NCBI GenBank assembly: GCA_017616785.1
Contig: JAFZXK010000019.1
Coordinates: 5,321 to 69,320 of the forward strand
Origin: Alphaproteobacteria bacterium
Lineage (GTDB): Bacteria > Pseudomonadota > Alphaproteobacteria > Rs-D84
Length of the DNA stretch: 64,000 nt
Reading direction: 5' to 3'
Part shown: positions 18,181 to 28,638 of the stretch, in pieces
Layout: each line of letters starts with the position of its first letter
Numbering within the stretch: the first letter of the stretch is position 1
Position numbers and translations under genes: made by a program
Notes under the pieces: generated by a model
Seen by the model: the letters and a program-made list of their open reading frames with translations, nothing else
The model's database searches: none
Told to the model about the DNA's origin: nothing

Positions 18181-18813
18181 ATGTTAAAAAAAATTTTGTT
18201 TTTTATTTTGTTACCGATATCTGTGATTGCGGATGATTGTGTTCAATATAAAAAAACACCATTTGTAAATATAAAAAATCCAGAATGGACCAAGACGGTT
18301 GTTTTATCTGATGACCCAATGGATGAGTATAATGGAAAATATTTTTCTTTTAAATTGCACGGAATTACTGAAACAAGTTTTATGGAAAAATATGAAATAG
18401 ATTTTAATGTTATTCCTGAATATGATGGGTATTGTATAGTGGTCAATGGTGTTGATGCGGTTGTTGGTTATGAAAATTTTTTGGTCAAAATTGATAAATC
18501 GCATAAAAAAAATTCTTGTTCATATAATGCGGTTTTGAAACACGAAGAAAAACATATCAATGCATATTTATCAATTCTAAAAGATATGGAACCCGATATA
18601 AAAAATTCGATTTTTAATGCGATGAATTCCGTTATGCCAATATTTGCGCCGGACATAGAAAGTATAGATTCATTGCTTGATGACCTTTATAAAAAATTAG
18701 AAAATCATCCAGAGTTGGTTTTATTACATCAAAAAATAGACGCCGCCCAAGAAATTCGTAACAAACGCATCGACCAAGACGAAGACCATAACGAATTGAA
18801 ACAGTGTGAATAA
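18181..18813 (+). CDS. secreted protein with HExxH motif (possible DUF922-like Zn-peptidase)
   Basis: Signal peptide MLKKILFFILLPISVIA. LKHEEKHINAY contains HEEKH. The ATG at 18181 is 2 nt after the virB4 stop. Confidence 0.45.
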   Translation: MLKKILFFILLPISVIADDCVQYKKTPFVNIKNPEWTKTVVLSDDPMDEYNGKYFSFKLHGITETSFMEKYEIDFNVIPEYDGYCIVVNGVDAVVGYENFLVKIDKSHKKNSCSYNAVLKHEEKHINAYLSILKDMEPDIKNSIFNAMNSVMPIFAPDIESIDSLLDDLYKKLENHPELVLLHQKIDAAQEIRNKRIDQDEDHNELKQCE

Positions 18814-18841
18814 AGTGGTTAATTGTTTGTTTTATTAATAT

Positions 18842-20452
18842 TTACACTAACAACTCAAACTTTTCACGCATACGAACCAATTCATCGTCTATACGGCGGA
18901 TTTCGTCGTTTACATCATTTTCACCAGATAAACCACGAACTGTTAAATCGTGTTTTTGTTTTTCCAAACTTTCAATATATTTTTGCAATTTTAATGATAC
19001 CAAATATTTTTCTGCCGCATCAAATTGCAAACCACAATCGGGAACATTTTCGGAAAAGTCAAGATTAAATTTACTAATAAAATCACCATACCTTTCGGCC
19101 AATTCTGGATATTTATTTATTATTGAAATAATAGTGTTTTTAACAATTGTATCAATTTCCGGAACTTCTATACGCACCGTTTCCGATGTTTTTTTCCATT
19201 TATGCCATTGATTAAATTTTCGTGAATCGTATTCATGTTCGTATTCCGCACGCAATAATTTATCGGTTATTTTTTCCAATTGTGATTTTAAAAATTTTTC
19301 TGCCTGGACTTTACCCGCCGGCGTATTGACCAAATAATTTTTATTCGCAATGTTCCACAAAAAGTCAACTAATGGAATTGCAGAATCAATAATCTTTTTC
19401 ATATCATCTGTTTTTCCATTTCGCAAAATTTCATCCGGGTCTTTGCCACCGGTAACAAAGGCAAAACGCACATCAGAATTATCACGCAAAAAAGGCATAA
19501 TTATTCCACATGCGCGTGCGGCGGCTTTTTGCCCTGCCCCGTCGCCATCAAAACAAAAAATAATATTTCTATTTGCCTTGCATAAAATTGCAATATGGTC
19601 TTCGGTAAGTGCGGTGCCAAGTGGTGCAACGGTTTCACCAAAACCATGACATTGCATTTGAATTGCATCAATTTGACCTTCGACAATAATTGCGCGATTT
19701 GCGCGATGAATCGATTCGCGTGCGAAATTAAAACCAAACAGTGTTTGCCGTTTGTGAAACATTTCTGTATCGGTTGTGTTTATATATTTGGGTTCGGACC
19801 CATCGAGCGACCGCCCAGAAAAAGCAACAATTTGCCCACGCGCATTAAAAATAGGAAACATTAATTTATCACGAAAAAAATCATACATGCCGTATTCACC
19901 GCGGCGTGCAAGACCCGTCGCAACAAGTTTATCTTGATGTACATTTACAAATTTGTTTGAAATAATATTATTTTTCGGTGCGTATCCAATACCATATTTT
20001 TTTATCATTTCATCACTAAACCCACGGCCACGAATATATGAAAGTGCATGTGCACCATCGGGCGTAAAAAGTTTTTCTGCGTATAACTTTGCCGCCGCCG
20101 CGGTAATAGTGATATAAGATTGCTCCGCGTCAATTTGGTGCTGTGTTTTTGGTTTGTATTCCGGTAATTTTAACCCCGCCATATCGGCAAGTTCCGCAAT
20201 CGCCGCACGGAAATCAATATGTTCCATTTCCATAGTGAACGAAATAATGTCACCATGTTTTCCGCAACCAAAACAGTGGAAAAAACCCTTATCTTCATTG
20301 ACCGAAAACGACGGAGTTTTTTCATTATGAAATGGACAACATCCCCAATAATTTTGACCTTTTTTAACAAGCGGTACACGACGGGACACGACATCGACAA
20401 TTGAAAGTCGTTCACGCAATTGGTCGGTAAAATTATTGTCATATTTTGTCAT
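18842..20452 (-). CDS. dnaG: DNA primase
   Basis: Zinc-ribbon CCPFHNEKTPSFSV...CFGCGKHGD and TOPRIM region (EGQIDA, FDGDGAGQKA). Confidence 0.93.
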   Translation of the reverse strand: MTKYDNNFTDQLRERLSIVDVVSRRVPLVKKGQNYWGCCPFHNEKTPSFSVNEDKGFFHCFGCGKHGDIISFTMEMEHIDFRAAIAELADMAGLKLPEYKPKTQHQIDAEQSYITITAAAAKLYAEKLFTPDGAHALSYIRGRGFSDEMIKKYGIGYAPKNNIISNKFVNVHQDKLVATGLARRGEYGMYDFFRDKLMFPIFNARGQIVAFSGRSLDGSEPKYINTTDTEMFHKRQTLFGFNFARESIHRANRAIIVEGQIDAIQMQCHGFGETVAPLGTALTEDHIAILCKANRNIIFCFDGDGAGQKAAARACGIIMPFLRDNSDVRFAFVTGGKDPDEILRNGKTDDMKKIIDSAIPLVDFLWNIANKNYLVNTPAGKVQAEKFLKSQLEKITDKLLRAEYEHEYDSRKFNQWHKWKKTSETVRIEVPEIDTIVKNTIISIINKYPELAERYGDFISKFNLDFSENVPDCGLQFDAAEKYLVSLKLQKYIESLEKQKHDLTVRGLSGENDVNDEIRRIDDELVRMREKFELLV

Positions 20453-22686
20453 TACTTTTTACGAAACCTTTTCGTTGGTTTCTTGTTATTTATCAAATCA
20501 ATTGCGGTTTCTAAATCTGGTTGTTCTTTGACATTAACATTGACTTTGTTCGACGAAATATACGCGCCATAACGACCGGTCGGATAGAAATAAATCATTT
20601 TATCGGTTGCGGGATTTTTGCCGATTTCAATTGGTTCCGCTTTTTGCTTTCCGCTGGCCAATAATTCATTTGCAATTTCAAGTGTTATTGTATCCGCAGT
20701 ATATTTTTTCGCGGCGGCATTTTTCTTGCCATCCGTTACATATGGACCAAAGCGCCCAATACGGAAAGAAATTCCGTTACCCAAATCCTTTGGTTCGGTT
20801 TTTGTTTGCGATTTTTCCGCCGCATCATTTGGTGTCATGCGTGCGGTATAATCACATGTTGGATAATTTTCGCAACCAATAAATGGCCCAAACTTTGAAA
20901 GTTTTATTCCCAATTTTCCGCCACATTTTGGACATTTATTATTGCCATCGGCAAACATATGCTTTGTCATAAATTTATTTATTTCGTCGATAATATCGGT
21001 TGTTTTTATATCGCGTGCGCCGGAAATCATTTGCTTTGTATCACCCCAAAAATCATTTAATGCGGACAATTTATCAACATTTCCATTTGAAACATCGTCC
21101 AAAGTATCTTCGGTTTTTGCGGTAAAGTTCACATCAACCAAATCGGCAAAATACTTTGCCAAATACGCCGCAATCACCCAACCGCCGGATGTAGGATGAA
21201 AACGCCGTTGTTTGTCTTGTTCGACATATTTTCTGTCCACAATCGTTGACATAATCGTCGCATACGTTGATGGTCGGCCGATACCAAGTTCTTCTAATTT
21301 TTTCACAAGTGATGCTTCGGTATATCGTGCGGGTGGCTGCGTAAAATGTTGTTCCGGTGTTATTTCAGAAATTGTGATTTTATCACCAACGGAAAGTACC
21401 GGCAATTTTTCATTTTCTTCATCATCAGAATCATCTTTATCTTCGATATAAACCGCCATAAAACCGTCAAAAGTCCGCGTTGTTCCAACGGTATGAAAAG
21501 TTGCAATTTTATCATAGGTCAAAATATCAACGGACACAGAATCGAATTCAGCGTTCGTCATTTGACATGCGATTGTGCGTTTCCAAATCAATTCATAAAG
21601 TTTCTTTTCATCACCGTCCAATTCATGCGCCGCGCTTTCAAAGTGTGTTGGTCGAATTGCTTCGTGTGCTTCCTGGGCATTTTTTGATTTTGTTACATAA
21701 ATATTCGGGGACGCGGGCAAAAATTTATCACCATAATTTTTTGCGATAAAGTTTCGAATTTCATTTACCGCTTCGTTTGAAAGGTTTGTTGCATCGGTTC
21801 GCATATATGTAATAAACCCATTTTCATAAAGTTTTTGCGCAACAGACATGGTTTTCTTTGATGAAAAATAAAGTTTGCGTGCGGCCTCTTGTTGCAGCGT
21901 ACTTGTTGTAAAGGGCGCATACGGTTTATGTGAAACTTTTTTCTTGTCTATACGGCTAATTCCGGCGCATAGCGGCGTTTTTAATTTTGATAAAATCGCA
22001 TCAACATCAGATGAATTTTTTAATGTCATCTTTTCAATTTTTTCAGAATTAAAATATGACAGACCCGCATTAAAAGATTTTTTATTGAAATCACATTTCG
22101 CCTTTACCGACCAATATTCTTTTGCGACAAAATCTTCGATTTCGCGTTCGCGGTCAACAACCAATTTAACCGCAACAGATTGCACGCGTCCGGCGGATTT
22201 CCCAAGGTTGCGCCGCCAAAGCAGTGGCGATATTTCAAACCCAATAAGGTAATCCAACGCCCGCCGCACCAAATATGCGTCCACTAAATCGGAATCAATT
22301 TCGCGCGGATTTTTAATTGCGTCCATTACCGCATTTTTCGTAATTTCATGAAATGCAACACGATAAATTGGCGTTTTCCCAACCAATTTTTTCGAATTTA
22401 ATATATCAAGTATATGCCACGCAATTGCTTCCCCTTCGCGGTCAGGATCGGATGCAAGGTAAACCGCATCGGCCTTTTTAACCTCGTCCGTGATAAGTTT
22501 AATTTGTTTTTCTTTGCCGGGCATAATTTGCCAACGCATTGCAAAATCGTGTTCTGTATCAACACTACCGTTTTCCGGAACAAGGTCGCGCACATGTCCA
22601 ACCGATGCAATAACACGCCACCCGCGCCCAAGGTATTTTTCAATTGTTTTTGCTTTTGACGGGGATTCAACAATAAGTAAGTTCAT
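20452..22686 (-). CDS. topA: DNA topoisomerase I
   Basis: MNLLIVESPSKAKTIEKYLG start and C-terminal Zn-ribbon CPKCGG...CENYPTCDY. The 33 upstream codons of the ORF overlap rodA and were judged spurious. Confidence 0.93.
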   Translation of the reverse strand: MNLLIVESPSKAKTIEKYLGRGWRVIASVGHVRDLVPENGSVDTEHDFAMRWQIMPGKEKQIKLITDEVKKADAVYLASDPDREGEAIAWHILDILNSKKLVGKTPIYRVAFHEITKNAVMDAIKNPREIDSDLVDAYLVRRALDYLIGFEISPLLWRRNLGKSAGRVQSVAVKLVVDREREIEDFVAKEYWSVKAKCDFNKKSFNAGLSYFNSEKIEKMTLKNSSDVDAILSKLKTPLCAGISRIDKKKVSHKPYAPFTTSTLQQEAARKLYFSSKKTMSVAQKLYENGFITYMRTDATNLSNEAVNEIRNFIAKNYGDKFLPASPNIYVTKSKNAQEAHEAIRPTHFESAAHELDGDEKKLYELIWKRTIACQMTNAEFDSVSVDILTYDKIATFHTVGTTRTFDGFMAVYIEDKDDSDDEENEKLPVLSVGDKITISEITPEQHFTQPPARYTEASLVKKLEELGIGRPSTYATIMSTIVDRKYVEQDKQRRFHPTSGGWVIAAYLAKYFADLVDVNFTAKTEDTLDDVSNGNVDKLSALNDFWGDTKQMISGARDIKTTDIIDEINKFMTKHMFADGNNKCPKCGGKLGIKLSKFGPFIGCENYPTCDYTARMTPNDAAEKSQTKTEPKDLGNGISFRIGRFGPYVTDGKKNAAAKKYTADTITLEIANELLASGKQKAEPIEIGKNPATDKMIYFYPTGRYGAYISSNKVNVNVKEQPDLETAIDLINNKKPTKRFRKK

Positions 22687-22687
22687 C

Positions 22688-23833
22688 TTAGTTTCCTTTT
22701 GCAGATAATTGTTGGTCTTTGTGTATGTGCGCATTTTCGCAAAGTCCAAAGCCGAACAGAAGTGATAATAAACTGCTGCCGCCAAAGGACATTAGTGGTA
22801 ATGGCACACCAACGGTTGGCACAAGTCCCAAAACCATGGATATATTTATAAAGTAATAAATGAAAAAGTTCAACATAAAACCAAAACATACCAATTGACC
22901 AAACCGATTTCGGCACGTTTTCGCGGCCCAGAACAAAACGATGATAATAAAAGTATAAATCATAAGTATCGTCATCGCGCCCAAAAACCCAAATTCTTCG
23001 CCAAGCATCGTGAATATAAAATCCGTCTGTTTTTCCGGCAAGAAAGATTGTTGTGATTGTGAACCCTTCATATAACCTTTGCCGATTATGCCGCCACTGC
23101 CAAATGCGATTTTCGCCTGGTTTATTTGATAACCGGCGCCTTGGGCATCATGGTCAGGGTCCAAAAATGTTATAATTCTTTCGCGTTGATATTGATGCAG
23201 ACCACCAAACCAAACGACCGGCGCGGCCATAACCGCCAAAATCGCGCCGATAATAAACCATTTCTTGTTTGCACCAACAATATAAAACATTCCAATCGTA
23301 ATCATTGCAATAGACAACGCCGTCCCCAAATCCGGTTGCATAACAATAAGTCCAAACGGAAACAGCATAAGCAAAAATGGCACAATATAATTTTTGAACT
23401 GATTTAATTCGACTGAATTCATCCACGCAAAATATCGTGCCAACACCAACACAAGCGCCATTTTGAACGGCTCGGACGGTTGGATATGCATGAACCCAAG
23501 GTTTAACCAACGCTGGGCCCCCATGCCTGTATGGCCAACAAAAGTAACCAAAATAATCAAAATTGTTGCGACCGCATATATTCCGTATGCGGACTTTATC
23601 CAAAGTTTTATGTTGGTAAATGTGGCAAAGAAAAAAAGCCCAAACCCAAGAATTATTTTCATCAGTTGTGATAAAGCAAACGGCCGCCATGCACCACCGC
23701 CGGCGGAATACAGAATAAGTTCAGAAAACACCAACACAAGACACATCGGAATAAACATTGCCAAAGAAAAACGGCTAAGTTTTTCGGAAAAACTCATCAT
23801 ATTTGCATTTGAAACGCGTGTCTGCCTGCTCAT
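22688..23833 (-). CDS. rodA: peptidoglycan glycosyltransferase RodA (SEDS family)
   Basis: FtsW/RodA/SpoVE-type 10-TM protein immediately downstream of PBP2. Confidence 0.88.
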   Translation of the reverse strand: MSRQTRVSNANMMSFSEKLSRFSLAMFIPMCLVLVFSELILYSAGGGAWRPFALSQLMKIILGFGLFFFATFTNIKLWIKSAYGIYAVATILIILVTFVGHTGMGAQRWLNLGFMHIQPSEPFKMALVLVLARYFAWMNSVELNQFKNYIVPFLLMLFPFGLIVMQPDLGTALSIAMITIGMFYIVGANKKWFIIGAILAVMAAPVVWFGGLHQYQRERIITFLDPDHDAQGAGYQINQAKIAFGSGGIIGKGYMKGSQSQQSFLPEKQTDFIFTMLGEEFGFLGAMTILMIYTFIIIVLFWAAKTCRNRFGQLVCFGFMLNFFIYYFINISMVLGLVPTVGVPLPLMSFGGSSLLSLLFGFGLCENAHIHKDQQLSAKGN

Positions 23834-25599
23834 TTTTTTAACAATTCCTTCATTACCGTGGCAACGCTGCGTGCGGCGGAACCACTGGACCCGGAATGTT
23901 CAGTAATCACGCATACGGCGTATTTTGGGTTGTCCGTTGGTGCATACCCAACAAAAAGCCCGTGATTCCGCATATGCCATTCAAGTTGTTCGTTTGTTAA
24001 AACCCCAGATGCGCGTTCCGCCTTGGAAATACTGCGAACTTGGGATGTTCCGGTTTTGCCACCCATTTTTGCGCCGTCAACATTTATCGCACTGCCCGCC
24101 GCGGTTCCGCCGGGTTTAAGGACTTCTTCTAAACCGTTTAGAACATATTTTTGATTCTTTTTTTGGATTCCGATACTTTCAAATTTTGGCTTTTTATCCG
24201 TCTTTATAAAACGCGGAACAACGCGTTTATTTGATGCAACGCGCGCCACCATAACCACCAATTGCATACAGTTCACAAGTATAAATCCCTGTCCTATTCC
24301 GGAAATAACCGTATCGCCATGAACCCAATTCGAACCAATATTTGTTTCCTTCCATTTTCTATCGGGTATAACACCGGCCATTTGTTTAGAAATAATATCT
24401 TCGATGTATTTTTCAGTAAGTCCCAAACGGATTGCCATTTGTTTAATCGCATCAATCCCAATGCGCAACGCCATTTGATAAAAATAGATATCGCAAGAAT
24501 GTTTAAGTGCACCGACAACATTTACATGCCCATGACCCTTGTGTTCCCAACAGTGATATCGCCGGTCGCCATAATCCCAATACCCCGGACAAAATATCGT
24601 TTCATTTGGTGTGATTGCGCCGGATTCCAACCCCGCAAGTGCGACAACCATTTTAAATGTTGAACCGGGCGGATAAAGACCTTCGAACACTTTGTTCATA
24701 AACGGTTTTGCAAAGTTACTACGCAATCCCGCAATATATTCTTCGGCGTCATCGCCCGAAAAGTTATTTGGGTCAAAACTTGGGGTCGACGCAACCGCCA
24801 ATATATCGCCGGTTTCAATATCCAACGCCACGCCACATCCCGATTTGTAAAGTGTAAGCGAATCATACAACGCGCGTTGCGCAGATTCATCTATGGTTGT
24901 TCGAATGTCTTGCCCAACAATCGGTTGTTCATATTTTGTTTTATCTTCGCCGGTAACGCGTCCAACCGCATTTGTTATCATGACCGTTTTTCCCGGAATT
25001 CCGGCAAGGTTTTTATTAAAAACTTTTTCTAATCCCGTGATACCGCATGTATAAAAAGGTGTATTCGCAACCGGTTTTTCCGGCGCACCGACATAACCAA
25101 AAATTTGTGCGCCGGCGGGTCCCATTTCATATTTGCGCGCGAATCCATCCTGAATATGTAATCCCAAAAGATTTTTTGCCTGAATCCCCGCAAGCACATT
25201 CCAATCAGTATTTTCACTTATTAAAACCGGCTGAAATTTTGGTTGTTTTTTTATGTGTTTCCAAATCGTTTTTACACGTTTTTCTGGTAAATTTAATTCA
25301 CGCACAACGGTATTAATAAGGCCTTCTAAATCATCCGTTTCTTCGGGAATAACATATAACCTGTAAATTGGCGCATCATAAGATATTGGCGCACCATTGC
25401 GTGATAGAATTTTACCACGCTGGGGCATATTTATTTGAATTCTAAATGAATTATTTTCACTTTTTTGTTTATAATCACGATAGTTAAAAACCTGCATCTG
25501 TAACATTCGCAAAATCAATACGGATGTAAGAATAACACCCCCCGTAAGGAATAATGCACTACGTCGGTCAAATTGTTTTGATATTTCACTGTCAATCAT
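23830..25599 (-). CDS. mrdA: penicillin-binding protein 2 (elongasome transpeptidase)
   Basis: SxxK PGSTFKM and KTGTS (GGKTGTSQV) motifs. Sits between mreD and rodA. Confidence 0.9.
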   Translation of the reverse strand: MIDSEISKQFDRRSALFLTGGVILTSVLILRMLQMQVFNYRDYKQKSENNSFRIQINMPQRGKILSRNGAPISYDAPIYRLYVIPEETDDLEGLINTVVRELNLPEKRVKTIWKHIKKQPKFQPVLISENTDWNVLAGIQAKNLLGLHIQDGFARKYEMGPAGAQIFGYVGAPEKPVANTPFYTCGITGLEKVFNKNLAGIPGKTVMITNAVGRVTGEDKTKYEQPIVGQDIRTTIDESAQRALYDSLTLYKSGCGVALDIETGDILAVASTPSFDPNNFSGDDAEEYIAGLRSNFAKPFMNKVFEGLYPPGSTFKMVVALAGLESGAITPNETIFCPGYWDYGDRRYHCWEHKGHGHVNVVGALKHSCDIYFYQMALRIGIDAIKQMAIRLGLTEKYIEDIISKQMAGVIPDRKWKETNIGSNWVHGDTVISGIGQGFILVNCMQLVVMVARVASNKRVVPRFIKTDKKPKFESIGIQKKNQKYVLNGLEEVLKPGGTAAGSAINVDGAKMGGKTGTSQVRSISKAERASGVLTNEQLEWHMRNHGLFVGYAPTDNPKYAVCVITEHSGSSGSAARSVATVMKELLKK

Positions 25600-26047
25600 T
25601 TTGAACCGCCTGAATTGTTATAATCATTGGAATGTAAATTATACACGTAATTGCAAAAACAACAATCCCATAAAGTAAATTTATCCAATTTATATGTTGC
25701 CCAATCATAAATAAAATTATTGGTCCAACAAAAGTCATAAACGCGTATACGCCGTATTTCTTGGTATGCGTCAAATCGACAACCGTTTGCAATTTTACAA
25801 TCGTATAAAATAAACAGTAATATATCGTCCACACAAAAACAGTTCCGAATTTATAATCAAGTAAAAAACACATCAATAACGCGAACGGTGCAAAATACGG
25901 GGTGTGCCGAATAAAAGAACAATAAAAAATTGGTATGATACAAAGAACACCCGCCGGATTTAGCCATGGACAAGACAAACGCCACAACGCAATTGTGATT
26001 AAAAACGGAAAAGCAATTTTTAAATATCTTATAATTTCGTGCTTCAT
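25592..26047 (-). CDS. mreD: rod shape-determining protein MreD
   Basis: Small polytopic protein. Its ATG overlaps the mreC stop (ATGA at 26044-26047). Confidence 0.75.
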   Translation of the reverse strand: MKHEIIRYLKIAFPFLITIALWRLSCPWLNPAGVLCIIPIFYCSFIRHTPYFAPFALLMCFLLDYKFGTVFVWTIYYCLFYTIVKLQTVVDLTHTKKYGVYAFMTFVGPIILFMIGQHINWINLLYGIVVFAITCIIYIPMIITIQAVQND

Positions 26048-26868
26048 TGGTATTCGCCATTTTCGCCAGTGAATTTTAACACAATCACGCGTGAAACATT
26101 CCACGGCAATACAACATCTACATCTGATTCATTTTTCATTTCACCGACATATATTCCCGGTGGCAAGATTCCACTTATGTTACTGGTAATCAGTTTTATA
26201 CCTTTTGCACCTTGAAATTTATGGTCGCTAAAGAAACCAACGCTTGGATTGTTCGAACCGTCCCCGCGCATAAATCCATGAACTTCGGACCCGGCAATAC
26301 GCACCGCGATATTTGTCCCAGAATCAATAAGCGACCGCACGCGCGCGAAATGTAACCCAGAATCAATCACCGTACCAACCAGTTTGTTTTCAAAAGAAAT
26401 AACAACCATACCCGGTTCAACACCATCCGCCGCGCCACGATTTATCATAAAAGTTTCATGATGAACCGCGAAATTATCATACATAACATCGGCAATAACC
26501 GTTTCATAGTCCGTATTTCGTGCAACGCCCAATTCACGAATAAGTTTTTTGTTTTCAAGTATCGCGACATCGCAATCCGTCTGTTTGGCCAATGCCGCGG
26601 CAAGTTTTGCACGCAGTTCGTTGTTTTCTTCTTCTAATACAGAAACCTTGTGAATTCGCTTTATTATTTTTCCGCCGGCGCGAAACGGCCAACTAATCGC
26701 ATCGCCAATCGCGTTAAAAACCGGAAAAGTGGCGTGCGCAATACTATTTGCGAACCTAAAATTCGGCTTTGCGACAATAATATATATAGCGATGGCGGGA
26801 ACCAAACCCCCAAACGCCACGGCCTTTACGATTGTGCGCAACCTGGAAGATACTTTTTTGGAACTCAT
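26044..26868 (-). CDS. mreC: rod shape-determining protein MreC
   Basis: N-terminal TM, coiled coil (EEENNELRAKLAAAL), then beta-rich domain. Conserved position upstream of mreD. Confidence 0.85.
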   Translation of the reverse strand: MSSKKVSSRLRTIVKAVAFGGLVPAIAIYIIVAKPNFRFANSIAHATFPVFNAIGDAISWPFRAGGKIIKRIHKVSVLEEENNELRAKLAAALAKQTDCDVAILENKKLIRELGVARNTDYETVIADVMYDNFAVHHETFMINRGAADGVEPGMVVISFENKLVGTVIDSGLHFARVRSLIDSGTNIAVRIAGSEVHGFMRGDGSNNPSVGFFSDHKFQGAKGIKLITSNISGILPPGIYVGEMKNESDVDVVLPWNVSRVIVLKFTGENGEYQ

Positions 26869-27008
26869 GTCGCGGCAAGTTTAGACAGAAAAAAATGATT
26901 ATTCAATAAAAACTTGATTTTTGCATAAATTGTGTCATAATCGCGGGGCAAACAGTTCGAAATGGCATAAAGGCATTGCCATAAGGACATTAACAAAAAG
27001 AGGTAAAA

Positions 27009-27212
27009 ATGCCAAAATTAAAAACAAAGTCATACTTGAAAAAACGTGCAAGAATGACCGCAACCGGTAAAATCAACGTTCGCCGGAATGCCCACAAAAA
27101 ACTTCTGCGTAAAAAGTCCGCGCGTGCAAATAACGCTGGGTCCAAGCCGCAGTATTTAAATGATAACATGGTGTCACAGGCAAAAATCTTGGCGCCGTAT
27201 GGTTTGAAATAA
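27009..27212 (+). CDS. rpmI: 50S ribosomal protein L35
   Basis: [22 protein letters not shown]... is typical bL35. Confidence 0.93.
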   Translation: MPKLKTKSYLKKRARMTATGKINVRRNAHKKLLRKKSARANNAGSKPQYLNDNMVSQAKILAPYGLK

Positions 27213-27225
27213 AAGGGGGCACAAA

Positions 27226-27591
27226 ATGGCAAGGGTAAAACGTGGAACAACGGTTCGTCAAAAACACAATAAAATTCTTGAAAGGGCTAAGGGGTTCCTT
27301 GGCCGGCACAGCAGCACTTACCGTGCCGCGCGTGAAAAATCAGAAAAGGCGGGTCAGTATGCATATCGCGACCGTCGTACCAAAAAACGCGATTTTCGCG
27401 GTTTGTGGATTGTTCGTATCAATGCCGCGGTCCGTCCGTCTGGGATTACATATAGCCAGTTTATGAACGGCCTGCACAAGGCGGGAATCGAACTTGACCG
27501 CAAGGTTTTGGCGGAAATGGCGTATGCAGGGGACGCGAATTTCGCAAAACTGATTGAAACCGCAAAACGATTTATTGCCGGGGATAAATAA
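27226..27591 (+). CDS. rplT: 50S ribosomal protein L20
   Basis: [24 protein letters not shown]... is typical bL20. Confidence 0.95.
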   Translation: MARVKRGTTVRQKHNKILERAKGFLGRHSSTYRAAREKSEKAGQYAYRDRRTKKRDFRGLWIVRINAAVRPSGITYSQFMNGLHKAGIELDRKVLAEMAYAGDANFAKLIETAKRFIAGDK

Positions 27592-27672
27592 AACCCTTGG
27601 CGGCGAATTGTTTTTCGTTTATGATTATGGGGCCGCGACATGCGACCCCATATTTATTAAAAGGTAAAGGAC

Positions 27673-28623
27673 ATGATACAAGAAAAAATAAAAGAAACGA
27701 AATCTTTGACTGAATTACAGGAATTATACACATCTGTGTTCGGTAAAAACGGCACAATGACCGCGCGGTTAAAAGATATGAAAAATTTGGACAACGATGC
27801 GCGCGCGGAACTAAATCGTGAAAACGCGGAATTGCGCGAATTATTCAGAACACGCCAATCGGAAATCGAAGCGGCCGAATTAAACGCGGCACTTGCCACA
27901 CAAAAATTGGATGTGACATTGGATGCCGAACCCGAAAATCGCGGAACAATTCATCCGGTGACGATGGCGCTGTCTGAAATATCCGAAATCTTGGAATCAT
28001 TTGGTTATACACATCACACTGGACCCGAAATCGAAGATGATTGGCATAACTTTACCGCGTTGAATACACCCGATTATCATCCGGCACGCGATATGCAAGA
28101 TACATTCTTTTTGAAAAATGGCAATGTAATGCGCACCCAAACATCGGCAATTCAAATTCGTGCGATGGAAACCGACGGCGTTCCGATTAAAATGTTTGCA
28201 ACCGGTTCAACATATCGCAAAGAAATGGACGCAACCCACGGTCCAATGTTCGGGCAAATCGAAGGGTTATATATAGATAAAAATGTCACACTGTCCGATT
28301 TAATTGGTGATATTCGCGCATTTTTCAAACGATTCTTTGGACTTAGTAATGTTGAATTGCGCATTCGTCCATCATATTTTCCTTTCACCGACCCAAGTAT
28401 AGAGGTTGATATGAAATGGAACGGGGACAAATGGCTTGAAATGATGGGTGCCGGTATGGTTCATCCAAATGTTTTGCGCAATTGCGGCATTGACCCAGAT
28501 AAATATCAAGGTTTTGCGTTTGGGTTCGGTTTGGACCGACTTGCGATGTTGAAATATAACCTGCCGGATTTGCGTGATTTGTATGGAAATGATGTTCGGT
28601 GGCTAAAAACATGTGGTTTTTAA
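27673..28623 (+). CDS. pheS: phenylalanine--tRNA ligase alpha subunit
   Basis: HPARDMQDTFF and class II motifs (GSTYRKE, FGFGLDRLAML). Confidence 0.93.
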   Translation: MIQEKIKETKSLTELQELYTSVFGKNGTMTARLKDMKNLDNDARAELNRENAELRELFRTRQSEIEAAELNAALATQKLDVTLDAEPENRGTIHPVTMALSEISEILESFGYTHHTGPEIEDDWHNFTALNTPDYHPARDMQDTFFLKNGNVMRTQTSAIQIRAMETDGVPIKMFATGSTYRKEMDATHGPMFGQIEGLYIDKNVTLSDLIGDIRAFFKRFFGLSNVELRIRPSYFPFTDPSIEVDMKWNGDKWLEMMGAGMVHPNVLRNCGIDPDKYQGFAFGFGLDRLAMLKYNLPDLRDLYGNDVRWLKTCGF

Positions 28624-28638
28624 TAAAAGGTGTAGAAA

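Noticed and set aside
23154-23690. Long alternative-frame and antisense ORFs inside rodA, and similar ones at 37817-38353 (mnmG), 46115-46759 (mreB), 53504-53998 (macA), 57263-57949 and 58230-58907 (TPR gene), 30000-30398 (pheT) and 33162-33616 (ileS).
   Set aside because: Each lies wholly within a strongly supported conserved gene, either antisense to it or in an alternative frame of the same strand, and has low-complexity, Arg/Cys/His-rich translations typical of non-coding frames.
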